A DNA stretch of 64,000 nucleotides from Lysobacterales bacterium (GCA_035911475.1 JAMHVM010000125.1:18504-82503), one strand, 5' to 3'. Shown: positions 1 to 12,368, counted from the first letter of the stretch. Numbers and translations: made by a program. The notes: generated by a model not told the origin, from the sequence alone.

Positions 1-88
1 TCCGTCGAGCGCCGAGACAGGAAAGTGCGTGGTCATTCGCGCCCGCCGAACCCACTCGTTCCTCTTTCCTCTCCACTCGTTTCTGGCT

Positions 89-673
89 TCAGGCGGAGCG
101 GGAATCGACTGCCTGGCGCATGCGGGGCTTGCCGGCGTCATCGCGCAGAACGGCCTTGCCCTGCTCGAAGGCCGCGCGACAGTCGGCGGCATCGGCCTCG
201 ATGTCGTCATCCAGCAAGGTGGCCGCCACACCGGGGCCCTCGAAGCGCGGATCGTCACATTCGCCATCGTGTGACCACTGGCTGGAGTCGTCGCCGAATT
301 CGATGCCCGAAGCATCGTAGGGCGCGCCCAGCGCATAGGACGGCAGGTAGACATCGCGGATGGTGATGCGGCCTTCGACGTAGGCATTGCGACAGTCGCT
401 GGCATCGGTGCCCAGCGAGTAGGCCTCATCGGCCATGCCGGTGCCCTTGAAGCGTGGGTCGTCACATTCGCCGTCGTGGGCATAGTCGCCGGAGTCGTCG
501 CCGAAACTGAAATACTTCTCGGCGACCGCGCTGCCTGCGCGCGGTACAGCGTCCTGTGCCGACAAGGGCCATGCCGCGAACAGCGCAAGCAGCAGCGTGG
601 CGGCAAGGCCGGCGATACCTCGGTGCCTTTGCGGTTGCGCTGGCGGGTAGCAGACAGGTTCTGATCGGCTCAT
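89..673 (-). CDS. Secreted hypothetical protein with two Cys/Asp-rich internal repeats (FGDDSxxxxHDGECDDPRFxGxG...DCRxA)
   Basis: ORF 89..712; likely start ATG 673 giving a signal-peptide-like N-terminus (LAATLLLALFAAWPLSA-QD); two near-identical repeats visible in the translation. Confidence 0.75.
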   Translation of the reverse strand: MSRSEPVCYPPAQPQRHRGIAGLAATLLLALFAAWPLSAQDAVPRAGSAVAEKYFSFGDDSGDYAHDGECDDPRFKGTGMADEAYSLGTDASDCRNAYVEGRITIRDVYLPSYALGAPYDASGIEFGDDSSQWSHDGECDDPRFEGPGVAATLLDDDIEADAADCRAAFEQGKAVLRDDAGKPRMRQAVDSRSA

Positions 674-953
674 GGTGCAATCACGATAGAGCAAGGAGGG
701 GAACGACCCCAATCGATTTTTCCGACCGATCGCCGTGCTGGTTCAGCCGGAGGCACGGCCCGAATCCGATGCGTTGTCGGCGGCCGGGCTGGCGATCGCT
801 GAGTCGATGCCGCCGAGCGCGCGATTGCTAGTGGTGACCCCTCGGTTGTCGCGCGGTCGGCTCATGGATCGGTTTCAGTTCCGGAATGACAAGCCCGCCG
901 ATTGTGGCCGGTCGAATGGCCCGATTCCGCGACCGCCATCCTACAATTGGCCC

Positions 954-1538
954 ATGAAACGAATCTGCGTCTATTGCGGGTCCAGTTCCGGCGACCGGCC
1001 GGCCTATGCCGAGTCGGCGCGGGCGCTGGGCAAGCTGCTGGCTGAGCGTGACATCGGGCTGGTCTACGGCGGCGGTCTGGTCGGTCTGATGGGCGTGGTT
1101 GCCGATGCGGCACTGGCGGCCGGTGGCGAGGTCATCGGCATCATTCCCCAGCGCCTGGTCGATGCCGAGGTCGCCCATCGTGGACTGACCACGTTGGAAG
1201 TCGTCGAGTCCATGCACGAGCGCAAGGCGCGCATGGCCGAGCTGTCGGATGCCTTCATCGCCTTGCCGGGTGGTTTCGGGACGCTGGACGAACTGTTCGA
1301 GATCCTGACCTGGGCGCAGCTGGGCCTGCACGGCAAACCCTGCGGCTTGCTCGACGTGGAAAGCTACTTCGCGCCGCTGGTGGCCTGGGTAGACGGCGGC
1401 GTCGCTGCCGGCTTCATCCGGCCGCGTCATCGCGAACTGCTGATGGTCGATACCGACCAGGATCGCCTGATCGATCGCCTGGCCGCGCACGAGCCGATTG
1501 CGGTCAGCAAGTGGGCGGAGATCGCGATACGCGGTTGA
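954..1538 (+). CDS. LOG-family nucleotide phosphoribohydrolase (TIGR00730-like)
   Basis: MKRICVYCGSS start, LVYGGG, MHERK and PGGFGTLDE motifs; start trimmed to ATG 954. Confidence 0.92.
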   Translation: MKRICVYCGSSSGDRPAYAESARALGKLLAERDIGLVYGGGLVGLMGVVADAALAAGGEVIGIIPQRLVDAEVAHRGLTTLEVVESMHERKARMAELSDAFIALPGGFGTLDELFEILTWAQLGLHGKPCGLLDVESYFAPLVAWVDGGVAAGFIRPRHRELLMVDTDQDRLIDRLAAHEPIAVSKWAEIAIRG

Positions 1539-1735
1539 ATCGCGGTCGGTGTGTCGAGTTGCAGCGTCGCCGAGCTGACGGATGATCGCGCCGGGGAGCT
1601 GCGGGATGATTGCGGTGCTGAGCAGCCGCTTCTGTAGAGCCGGGCTTGCCCGGCTGAAACGTCACATTGTCGCGACCGGACGGCGTTCAGCGGGGCAAGC
1701 CCCGCTCTACAGCCCGTCAATCGAAGGCGTCGCGT

Positions 1736-2614
1736 TCAGCGATCCGGCAGCGGAATGAACTCGCCGTTGTCGTGCGGCGGCAAGGCGATGCGGCCGGATT
1801 GCCAGTCGGCCTTGGCCTGTTCGATGCGTTCCTTGCGCGAGTGCACAAAGTTCCACCAGATGAAGCGCTCTCCAACCGGCTCGCCGCCGAACAGCATCAC
1901 CGTGGCGTCGCTGTCGGCGGTCAACGCCGGTTCGCCGCCGGGGTTGAACACCAGCAGCTTGCCGATGCCGTAGGACTGCCCGCCGTGGCTGACTTCGCCG
2001 CGCAGGATGTAGGCGGCGCGCTCGCTGGGTCCGGCCGGCAGCGCCAGCGTCGCACCGGCCTTCAGCTCGGCGTGGACATAGAACAGCGGCGAGTGCGTGG
2101 GCACCGGGCTGTCCAGACCGTAGGCGGTGCCGGCGATCACCCGCAGCCAGACGCCGGTCTCGTCGGCGGTGGGCAGTTGCGTCGCGCTGTAGTTGTCGAA
2201 GGCCGGATCGGCTTCCTCGTCGGCTTCCGGCAATGCCACCCAGGACTGCATCAGCTCAAGGCCCGGTGCGGCAAAGGCGTCCGGCCCTTCAAAGCGTTCG
2301 GAGTGGGAAATGCCGCGACCGGCAGTCATCCAGTTCATCTCGCCGGGGCGGATCACCTGGGTCACGCCCAGGCTGTCGCGATGGGTGATCTCGCCGCCGA
2401 GCAGGTAGCTGACCGTGGACAGGCCGATGTGCGGATGCGGGCGCACGTCGTCCGGGCGCGGCGCGCCTTGGCTGAGCAGCACCGGACCGGCATGGTCCAG
2501 GAAGATGAAGGGGCCGATCATGCGCCGGTCCTTGTACGGCAGGATCCGCCGGACTTCGAGGCCGGCACCCAGTTCGTGGCGGCGTGGGTCGATCACCCGT
2601 TCCAACGTGGTCAT
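1736..2614 (-). CDS. Pirin family protein
   Basis: GPFIFLDH, VRPHPHIGLSTVSYL and AGRGISHSE cupin metal-binding motifs; start trimmed to ATG 2614 (MTTLERV). Confidence 0.92.
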   Translation of the reverse strand: MTTLERVIDPRRHELGAGLEVRRILPYKDRRMIGPFIFLDHAGPVLLSQGAPRPDDVRPHPHIGLSTVSYLLGGEITHRDSLGVTQVIRPGEMNWMTAGRGISHSERFEGPDAFAAPGLELMQSWVALPEADEEADPAFDNYSATQLPTADETGVWLRVIAGTAYGLDSPVPTHSPLFYVHAELKAGATLALPAGPSERAAYILRGEVSHGGQSYGIGKLLVFNPGGEPALTADSDATVMLFGGEPVGERFIWWNFVHSRKERIEQAKADWQSGRIALPPHDNGEFIPLPDR

Positions 2615-3096
2615 GGTTGTCGCTCCTTGCTGATTCGCGGATACGTTCGCCTTGTGCAAGGCGAACGTGAGCCCCTCACTGTACACGTCGCCGCTCGCAG
2701 ACCCGGGGCACGTCGTGGACGAGCGGGCCGGCACAACGGCTCGCAGCACGGCGCTGATGCCTCGGCCATCAGCCATCGCGGGGCGAGATCGGCAAGGTGT
2801 GGACGCCTGGGCGGACGATGCCGGTCGAAAGCGAATCGGGTCGGGCGCTTCGGACGCCCGGCGAACCGGGTGAACCTCGCGATCATCGGGCAGCGTCAGG
2901 GACTGGAAGGGCGCCGGCATGGGCAGCCGAGGCGGGGGTTCGAGCCCGACATCCGTCCCATCGGCGGGACACTGCATTTCGCATCCGCAACGTCCCGCAT
3001 CGAGGCCGACAGCGCCGATCCAAGTGATTGATCAAGCGATCATTTATCGGACATCTCGGACGGCGCGCGAGGGTCCGGAGATGAATGCCCGGCAGC

Positions 3097-3124
3097 GGAA
3101 CTCAACGGGCTTTTAGCACTCAAA
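3097..3124 (+). promoter_or_regulatory. Putative sigmaE (RpoE)-dependent promoter of rpoH
   Basis: GGAACT (3097-3102), 17 nt, TCAAA (3120-3124); matches the GGAACTT-N16-TCAAA consensus; upstream of rpoH as for E. coli rpoH P3. Confidence 0.7.
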
Positions 3125-3139
3125 GGACTCGACTGCTAA
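3113..3139. promoter_or_regulatory. CIRCE element (HrcA operator)
   Basis: TTAGCACTC-N9-GACTGCTAA; one mismatch to TTAGCACTC-N9-GAGTGCTAA; 27 bp upstream of the rpoH start. Confidence 0.88.
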
Positions 3140-3165
3140 ACTCCCGCCCCATGAAAGGAGACCAC

Positions 3166-4029
3166 ATGAACAACGCTCTGGTCACCCGCAACTTCCCGGT
3201 GCCGGCCGCCGTTGGCAGCCTGGACGGCTATATCCATGCCGTGAACCAGGTGCCGATGCTGACCCCCGAGGACGAGCAGGCGCTGGCCCGCCGCTTCACC
3301 GACGACAACGATCTCGACGCCGCGCGTAACCTGGTGCTGTCGCACCTGCGCTTCGTGGTCCACGTCGCCCGTGGCTATCTCGGCTACGGCCTGCCCATGA
3401 ACGACCTGATCCAGGAAGGCAACATCGGCCTGATGAAGGCGGTGAAGCGCTTCGACCCGGATGTCGGCGTGCGCCTGGTGTCGTTCGCGGTGCACTGGAT
3501 CAAGGCCGAGATCCACGAGTTCATCCTCAAGAACTGGCGCATCGTCAAGGTCGCCACCACCAAGGCGCAGCGTAAGCTGTTCTTCAACCTGCGCAAGGCC
3601 AAGAAGCGCCTGGGCTGGTTGAGCGCCGAGGAAGTGAACACCGTGGCGCGCGAGTTGAACGTGTCGCCGGCCGACGTGGTCGAGATGGAGTCGCGCCTCA
3701 ACGGTCGCGACATCGGTTTCGACGCGCCCACCGACAGCGACGACGAGGACGGCGCACCGCCGGCCCCGGTCGCGTATCTGGTCGATCACGGTCTGGACCC
3801 GGAAACGGCGGCCATGAACGACGACCAGGATGACCGCGACCTGGATTCGCTGCACGCCGGTCTGGCCAGGCTCGACGAGCGCAGCAAGGACATCATCGTC
3901 CGTCGCTGGTTGAACGAGCCCAAGGCGACGCTGCAGGAGCTGGCTGACGAATACGGCGTTTCCGCCGAACGCATCCGCCAGATCGAGGCGGTGGCCATGA
4001 AGAAGATGCGCGCGCTGTTCGAAGCCTGA
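3166..4029 (+). CDS. rpoH: RNA polymerase sigma-32 factor
   Basis: [19 protein letters not shown] region 2, RpoH box QRKLFFNLR, region 4 [20 protein letters not shown]; RBS AGGAG before ATG 3166. Confidence 0.97.
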   Translation: MNNALVTRNFPVPAAVGSLDGYIHAVNQVPMLTPEDEQALARRFTDDNDLDAARNLVLSHLRFVVHVARGYLGYGLPMNDLIQEGNIGLMKAVKRFDPDVGVRLVSFAVHWIKAEIHEFILKNWRIVKVATTKAQRKLFFNLRKAKKRLGWLSAEEVNTVARELNVSPADVVEMESRLNGRDIGFDAPTDSDDEDGAPPAPVAYLVDHGLDPETAAMNDDQDDRDLDSLHAGLARLDERSKDIIVRRWLNEPKATLQELADEYGVSAERIRQIEAVAMKKMRALFEA

Positions 4030-4050
4030 GCAACGTGACAAGCTTTCACC

Positions 4051-4084
4051 ACGACGCCCGGCTTGCCCGGGCGTCGTCGTTTTT
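4051..4084 (+). terminator. Rho-independent terminator after rpoH
   Basis: ACGACGCCCGG-CTTGC-CCGGGCGTCGT 11-bp stem followed by a T run. Confidence 0.8.
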
Positions 4085-4146
4085 GCGATTCCGATCAGTC
4101 ACAGGGACCATGCAAAGCGGGCGGTTCGGCGATCAGCGCGTCCCGT

Positions 4147-4971
4147 TCACGATGCCTGCGCGACACGCCATTGCCGCGGCGCCAGACCGGTCACGGCCTT
4201 GAACGCGCGCGACAACGCGGCTTCGCTGCCGTAGCCCACGCCGTCGGCGATGAGTTTCAGTGGCCGGCCCTGGCGCAGCCACTTCTGTGCCAGACCGACC
4301 CGCCATTGCTGCAGGTAGGCGCCGGGCGTGCTGCCGAGGGTGTCGCGGAAGCTGCCGGCGAAGGCGCTGCGCGACATGCCGGCACGGCTGGCCAGCGCTT
4401 CCAGAGACCAGTCCTGCTGTGGCTGCTCGTGCATGGCGATCAGTGCATGGCGAAGGCGGGGGTGCGCCAGGCCGGCCAGCATCCCGGATTGCGTCTGGCC
4501 GTGTTCCATCAGATGCCGCAGCACCTGGATCAGCACCACATCGAACAGCCGGTCGAGCATGACCTGCCGTCCGCAGTTGTGGCCGAAGGCTTCGTCGAAC
4601 AGCAGCGCCAGGATGGTCTCGCTGCCGACCAACTCGTCCAGCGGCAGGCACACGAACGGCGGCAGCGCCGCTGCGATGGGATGGCCGGCGTCGCCATCGA
4701 AGTGCAGCTCGGCGCAGACGAAATCGGCGCCGTGGACCGGATCGGTGACGAAGCGGTGCGACAACGGCCGCGGATACAGCAGCAGGCTGGGGCGATCCAC
4801 TTCGATGGATTCACCGTTGCCATGGATGACCTGGACACGGCCCGAGCGAACCAGGTGCAGATGGCCGTGGCTGCCGGCATCCAGCGTGTTGATGCCGCAC
4901 AGCGCACCGGCATTGAAGACCCGGGCACTGACTGAGAGATGGTCGAGCAGGGCAGCGAGTCGATCGGCCAT
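4147..4971 (-). CDS. AraC family transcriptional regulator (cupin N-terminal domain)
   Basis: C-terminal double HTH (WSLEALASRAGMSRSAF...IADGVGYGSEAALSRAFK); divergent from ohr. Confidence 0.92.
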   Translation of the reverse strand: MADRLAALLDHLSVSARVFNAGALCGINTLDAGSHGHLHLVRSGRVQVIHGNGESIEVDRPSLLLYPRPLSHRFVTDPVHGADFVCAELHFDGDAGHPIAAALPPFVCLPLDELVGSETILALLFDEAFGHNCGRQVMLDRLFDVVLIQVLRHLMEHGQTQSGMLAGLAHPRLRHALIAMHEQPQQDWSLEALASRAGMSRSAFAGSFRDTLGSTPGAYLQQWRVGLAQKWLRQGRPLKLIADGVGYGSEAALSRAFKAVTGLAPRQWRVAQAS

Positions 4972-5089
4972 CGTGGACTCCAGATCAATTATTCAGGACT
5001 ATTTGTAGCACAAAGTCTCTCCGCACGGCGCAAAGTACGTCTCACTGGCCGGTCGACCCGATTGGCCCAGCCCCAACCAGGAGACGACC

Positions 5090-5518
5090 ATGTCCATCGA
5101 AAGAATCCTCTACACAGCCAGCGCCACGGCCACCGGTGGCCGCGAAGGGCGCGCCACGTCTTCCGACGACGTGCTCGATGTACGCCTGTCCACGCCGCGC
5201 GAGCTGGGCGGCGCCGGCGGCCCGGGCACCAATCCCGAGCAGCTGTTCGCGGCCGGCTGGTCGGCTTGCTTTCTCGGCGCGCTGAAGTTCGTTGCCGGCC
5301 AGCAGAAGCGCGTGCTGCCGGCGGAAAGCACGGTCAGCGGCAAGATCGGCATCGGCCGGATCCCGACCGGTTTCGGCCTTCAGGCCGAACTGAGCATCCA
5401 TGTTCCGGGTGTGCCGCGCGAACAGGTGCAGGCGCTGGTCGAGCAGGCGCACCTCGTCTGCCCGTACTCGAATGCGACCCGCGGAAACATCGACGTCAGC
5501 CTGATCGTGGCCGACTGA
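5090..5518 (+). CDS. ohr: Organic hydroperoxide resistance protein (Ohr/OsmC family)
   Basis: [15 protein letters not shown] and [14 protein letters not shown] motifs with both catalytic Cys; RBS AGGAG. Confidence 0.93.
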   Translation: MSIERILYTASATATGGREGRATSSDDVLDVRLSTPRELGGAGGPGTNPEQLFAAGWSACFLGALKFVAGQQKRVLPAESTVSGKIGIGRIPTGFGLQAELSIHVPGVPREQVQALVEQAHLVCPYSNATRGNIDVSLIVAD

Positions 5519-5614
5519 ATCACCCGAAACGATCAACGCCGCAACCGCGACCATCACCACCGATCACCACCGAACCATCCACCCCAGCCACCAAACACCA
5601 CTGGAGAAACCATC

Positions 5615-6544
5615 ATGAACCTGTTCAACCGCACGCTCGCCGGCTCCGTCCTGATGCTGGGCGGCATTGCCGGATCCGCCGTCCACGCCGCCGAGCCGGT
5701 CCTCGCACGCACGGCCAGCACCATCACCACCAGCGATGGCGTGCAGATCTACTACAAGGACTGGGGCCCGAAGAACGGCCCGGTCGTCACCTTCAGCCAC
5801 GGCTGGCCGCTCAGCGCCGACAGCTGGGAGTCGCAGATGATCTTCCTGGCCGACAAGGGTTATCGGGTGATCGCCCATGACCGCCGCGGCCACGGTCGCT
5901 CCAGCCAGCCTTGGGACGGCAACGACATGGATCACTACGCCGACGATCTGGCCGCGGTCATCAACACGCTGGATCTGAAGGACGTGACCCTGGTCGGCTT
6001 CTCGACCGGTGGTGGCGAGGTGGCGCGCTACATTGGCCGGCACGGCACCGCACGGGTGAAGAAGGCGGCGCTGATCAGCGCCGTGCCGCCGCTGATGCTG
6101 CGCACCGACGACAACCCGGGCGGCGTGCCGATCGAGGTCTTCGACGGCCTGCGCAAGGGATCGCTGGAGAACCGGTCACAGTTGTATCTGGACGTGGCTT
6201 CCGGTCCGTTCTACGGCTTCAACCGTCCGGGCGCGAGCGTGTCGCAGGGCCTGATCCAGAGCTGGTGGGCGCAGGGCATGCAGGCCGGCCACAAGAACAC
6301 CTACGACTCGATCGCGGCGTTCTCGGCCACCGATTTCCGCGACGACTTGAAGAAGTTCGATGTGCCCACGCTGGTGGTCCACGGCGATGACGACCAGATC
6401 GTGCCGATCGATATCTCCGGCAAGGCGTCGGCCGAGTTGATTAAGGACGCGAAGCTGATCATCTACCCGGGTGCACCGCATGGTCTGACCGACACCCACA
6501 AGGACCGCTTCAACCAGGACCTGCTGGAGTTCCTGCGCCAGTAA
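5615..6544 (+). CDS. Non-heme chloroperoxidase-type alpha/beta hydrolase with N-terminal signal peptide
   Basis: [22 protein letters not shown] nucleophile elbow, [12 protein letters not shown] catalytic His. Confidence 0.92.
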   Translation: MNLFNRTLAGSVLMLGGIAGSAVHAAEPVLARTASTITTSDGVQIYYKDWGPKNGPVVTFSHGWPLSADSWESQMIFLADKGYRVIAHDRRGHGRSSQPWDGNDMDHYADDLAAVINTLDLKDVTLVGFSTGGGEVARYIGRHGTARVKKAALISAVPPLMLRTDDNPGGVPIEVFDGLRKGSLENRSQLYLDVASGPFYGFNRPGASVSQGLIQSWWAQGMQAGHKNTYDSIAAFSATDFRDDLKKFDVPTLVVHGDDDQIVPIDISGKASAELIKDAKLIIYPGAPHGLTDTHKDRFNQDLLEFLRQ

Positions 6545-6563
6545 CCAGCCGGCTCCGGATCCG

Positions 6564-6593
6564 CGGCGGGCGACGAATCATCGTCGCCCGCCG
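6564..6593. terminator. Perfect hairpin between convergent genes (terminator or REP-like)
   Basis: CGGCGGGCGACGA-ATCA-TCGTCGCCCGCCG 13-bp stem, 19 bp after the hydrolase stop; no clear T tract. Confidence 0.55.
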
Positions 6594-6919
6594 AACGCGT
6601 ATTGCGATTGCTCGCGGTGCCCTGATCCCGCGCTTGATATTGCCGGGGCCGGCCTCATGCAGCGAACAACCGGCAGGCGAGCTACATGACCTGCGGTTGA
6701 AGATTGCGATCGGAATATGGGTATGCATGTCCAAGGGCTGCCACATTCGGTCGACATCATGCGCGCTGCGGTCGATTCACTGGATACGGGCCGAACTTTG
6801 GACGGTCAAGGCCCGTGGCAGCAGGTAAGCCAGTCCGCCACCACCCATGAAGTGGACGACGGGCCTGCTGACATTCAAACCCGGCACTCCCTCCCTGGCC
6901 GGGTTCTTCTCTCTTCGAG

Positions 6920-8227
6920 TCACTTCGCGCGGTCGCCTGCCCCCGGTGCTTCGGCGGCGTCGCGGCCGATGATGATGCGCGCGTAGCGCCTGTGGCTGAA
7001 GTAGGCGCTGGCCCAGTCCATCAGCACCACCAGGCGGTTGCGGAAGCCGATCAGGAACATGATGTGTACCAGCAGCCAGGCCAGCCAGGCGAAGTAACCG
7101 GTGAGCTTGAAGCCCTTGATCTCGGCCACCGCGGCCTTGCGCCCGATCGTGGCCATGGAACCCTGGTCGTTGTAGCGAAATGCCTGGTCGGATTCGCCGG
7201 CCAACTGGCGACGGATCTGCGCGGCGATGTGCGCGCCCATCTGCTTGGCGGCCGGTGCCACGCCAGGCACCGGTGAACCGTCGGGGTTGCTCACTGCAGC
7301 CAGATCACCGGCTACGAACACATTGTCCTGACCGGGCAGACGCAGATCGTCGGAGACGCGGACGCGGCCGGCACGATCGGTATCGGCGCCGAGCATGGCG
7401 CCCAGCGGCGAGGCGGCGACACCCGCCGCCCACAGCACCGTGCGTGCGGCGATAACCTGACCGCCGGCACGCAGGCCATGGCCGTCGATGTGTTCGGCCG
7501 GTGTGCCCAACAGCACCTCGACACCGATGCGTTCCAGTTGTTTCTTCGCGCTGAGCGAGAGTTTCTCGGCCATGGCCGGGAGCACGCGCGGACCGGCTTC
7601 GACCAGCAGCACGCGGGCCTGGGTCGGATCGCTGCGATGGAACTGTCGCCGCATGGTGTGCCGGGCGATTTCGGCGATGGTGCCGGCCAGTTCGACGCCG
7701 GTCGGTCCGGCGCCAACCACCACGAAGGTGAGCCAGGCCTCGCGCTCGACCGGATCGTCGGCCAGTTCGGCACGCTCGAATGCCGACAGGATGCGTCGAC
7801 GCACGGCCAGGGCATCGTCCAGCGTCTTCAGGCCAGGCGCATGCGGCGCCCAGTCGTCGTGCCCGAAGTAGGCATGGGTGGCGCCGCTGGCAACGACCAG
7901 GAAATCGTAGTGGCCGGAACCGGCATCGGTGTCGATCTGCTGTGTCGCCAGATCGATGCCGGTGACGGTTGCCATCAGCACTTCGACATTGGTCTGCTTC
8001 TGCAGGATGTGTCGCAACGGTGCGGCGATCGACGGCGCCGACAGGCCGGCGGTGGCGACCTGATAGAGCAACGGCTGGAACAGGTGGTGGTTCTGCCGGT
8101 CGATCAAGGTCACCTGCACCGGTGCCTTGCGCAGGCCGCGGGCGACCGCCAGACCGGCGAAGCCGCCGCCGATCACCACCACGCGCGGCGGCGTCGACGG
8201 ATCAGGGATGGTTGGTGTGCTGGTCAT
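6920..8227 (-). CDS. ndh: Type II NADH dehydrogenase (FAD-dependent oxidoreductase)
   Basis: VVIGGGFAG and VVGAGPTGVELAG Rossmann motifs, FQPLLYQVATA, C-terminal AWLLVHIMFLIGFRNR; start trimmed to ATG 8227. Confidence 0.9.
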   Translation of the reverse strand: MTSTPTIPDPSTPPRVVVIGGGFAGLAVARGLRKAPVQVTLIDRQNHHLFQPLLYQVATAGLSAPSIAAPLRHILQKQTNVEVLMATVTGIDLATQQIDTDAGSGHYDFLVVASGATHAYFGHDDWAPHAPGLKTLDDALAVRRRILSAFERAELADDPVEREAWLTFVVVGAGPTGVELAGTIAEIARHTMRRQFHRSDPTQARVLLVEAGPRVLPAMAEKLSLSAKKQLERIGVEVLLGTPAEHIDGHGLRAGGQVIAARTVLWAAGVAASPLGAMLGADTDRAGRVRVSDDLRLPGQDNVFVAGDLAAVSNPDGSPVPGVAPAAKQMGAHIAAQIRRQLAGESDQAFRYNDQGSMATIGRKAAVAEIKGFKLTGYFAWLAWLLVHIMFLIGFRNRLVVLMDWASAYFSHRRYARIIIGRDAAEAPGAGDRAK

Positions 8228-8386
8228 GATCGTGTCGCCGGTCAGGGAACCTCTGAACAACCTCGCGAACGGGCGGCCGATGCTGGCCGCCGGGGCGCAG
8301 GAAGCGGAGTGTATAGGCCATACGCGAGCATTCCGGGCAGCGCCGGACACCGTCAGACGCGTGCGCGGCAGATATCCAGAGGTTGT

Positions 8387-10648
<2,262 letters not shown>

Positions 10649-10706
10649 TGCTCATGGCGGCGGCAGCAGTTGCAGCTAACTGGCCGTCGGTCAAACGGTT
10701 TTGGGC

Positions 10707-10741
10707 TTATCCACACAAGCTGTGGATATCTGTGTGGACAG
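10707..10741. promoter_or_regulatory. Cluster of three DnaA boxes upstream of priA
   Basis: TTATCCACA (10707-15, perfect), TGTGGATAT (10721-29, 1 mismatch), TGTGGACAG (10733-41, 2 mismatches); followed by an AT-richer GATC-containing tract. Confidence 0.7.
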
Positions 10742-10953
10742 TTGCTGGCACGAACTCCGCAAGCGCCCTTGTGAAAGGCACGTTGGACGCCTTGATCAAA
10801 GTTTAACCATACTGAAATGATCATGGATATCAAATACTTGACGCGGTGTCGTCGCTTGCGCAGACGCTGCCTTGCACTACGGTGATGATCCGGCGGCAGG
10901 CCATTCCGCTGCTGTGCAAAAGCGGCGGCAGCGACGGTCCCGGCAACAAGGAC

Positions 10954-11316
10954 TTACCGCGGCAAGCTGAGCTCATCCACCGATTCCGCGGGGAAGTGGT
11001 GATGGTGGCGAAGGACCCGCCGCTGGGCCTGGAAGCGGCTCCCGAATCGATCCACGCCATCCTGACGCAGTGCCGGGGCGTGCTCGCGCAGGTAGTCGGC
11101 CAGCGCCGCCTCGTCGCGCAGCCGGTAGCGCACACACCAGCCGCGATGTCCGGGCGTATGCGGTTCCAGCAGCTCGATCCGCTGCGCGTCGATGAAGCCC
11201 GGCAAGGCCAGGATCTGCCGGATGTGCGCATGCAGCCAGTGCTCGTAGGCCTCGGCGATCGCTTCCTCGACCAGCACGGTCACTTCATATTCGATCACGG
11301 TCACCACCACGCTCAC
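10954..11316 (-). CDS. Small DUF4286-like (dimeric alpha-beta barrel) protein
   Basis: YEVT...WLHAHIRQILALPGFIDA...YRLRDEAALADYLREHAPALRQDG; GTG start overlaps the upstream stop (GTGA). Confidence 0.8.
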   Translation of the reverse strand: MSVVVTVIEYEVTVLVEEAIAEAYEHWLHAHIRQILALPGFIDAQRIELLEPHTPGHRGWCVRYRLRDEAALADYLREHAPALRQDGVDRFGSRFQAQRRVLRHHHHFPAESVDELSLPR

Positions 11317-12368
11317 ATCGCCCACAGGCCGATCAGGAACGCCAGCACGGCGGCGAACGACAGCAGGACCAGATAGACCGTGCCGATGACCGCGTACTTG
11401 ATCAGGGTCATCACCCAGCCCTGGTCATAGACGCGCTTCTGGGTCAGCAGCAGGTTCAACGGTATCCATACCGCCAGGGCGACCATCAGCCAGCCCAGGC
11501 CGGTCGACAGCCAGCCCGGCCCGAGCCAGCCGGCGAGCAGGCTGAGCAGGCAGATCAGGATCAGGGTCAGCGCGATGAAGCTGTGGCTGTGCAGCGCGAC
11601 CAGCAGGTGATGCAGGTACAGCTTGCGCTTGAACAGGTAGGCCAGCTTCAGCAGCAGGGCGAAGATCGGCAGGGTGCAGATCAGCACCTGTGGTGCCACC
11701 GAGAACATGGCGGTGAACAGGGCATTGGGGTCGTTGCCGACGCGCTGGGCGTTGGCCTTGAGCCGCTCGACCGCGGCATCGAAGCCGGGTTTCAGACGCT
11801 CCGGCAACCAGGGCAGCAACTGCGACGGCGCGCGACCACGGTCCTCACCCAGGTTGATCTGGATCGCCTGGTTGCCCGTACTGGGTGCCGTCTCGGCGCC
11901 GGTGTCGCTGGACAACAGCGGCGGGGCCAGGGCATCGGCGATTACCGCCCGACGTGTCTGCTCGGGCAGCCAGGAGACGATGCGTTCGATGCGCGGCTCG
12001 TCTTCCTTTGCCGGCGTCATTTCGGCCAGTTCGCGGCTGATGTCGATGCGCGCGGCCAGCTGCACCACCACGAACAGGATGAAGATCAGGATCAGGAACA
12101 GGCGGACCGGGGTGACATAGCGGATGCGACGCCCGGCGATATACTCGCGGGTGAGGAAGCCCGGTCGCAGCAGCAGCGGCGTCAGCGTCCGCCAGATGCG
12201 GCCGTCGTAGTTGAGGGCGGTATCGAAGAAGTCGGCGATCCAGCCCGAGAGCGGACGCACCAGACCCTTCACCGGTTGTCCGCAGGCATGGCAGTGCGCG
12301 CCGAGCAGCGGTGTGCGGCAGTTGCCGCAGACGGCTTCGTCCTGGCGCGTTGTTGCCTGATCGGTCAT
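11313..12368 (-). CDS. DUF3667 domain membrane protein
   Basis: N-terminal CxNC...CxxCGQ zinc ribbon, LRPGFLTREYIAGRRIRYVTPVRLFL signature, multiple TM segments. Confidence 0.88.
   Translation of the reverse strand: MTDQATTRQDEAVCGNCRTPLLGAHCHACGQPVKGLVRPLSGWIADFFDTALNYDGRIWRTLTPLLLRPGFLTREYIAGRRIRYVTPVRLFLILIFILFVVVQLAARIDISRELAEMTPAKEDEPRIERIVSWLPEQTRRAVIADALAPPLLSSDTGAETAPSTGNQAIQINLGEDRGRAPSQLLPWLPERLKPGFDAAVERLKANAQRVGNDPNALFTAMFSVAPQVLICTLPIFALLLKLAYLFKRKLYLHHLLVALHSHSFIALTLILICLLSLLAGWLGPGWLSTGLGWLMVALAVWIPLNLLLTQKRVYDQGWVMTLIKYAVIGTVYLVLLSFAAVLAFLIGLWAM

Noticed and set aside
1-36. Possible start of a minus-strand gene (MTTHFPVSALDG) running off the window
   Set aside because: Only 12 codons visible; cannot be supported or identified.
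10700-10850. Chromosomal origin oriC
   Set aside because: Only three boxes and a short AT-rich tract; no dnaA, dnaN or gidA nearby. Kept as a DnaA-box cluster only.
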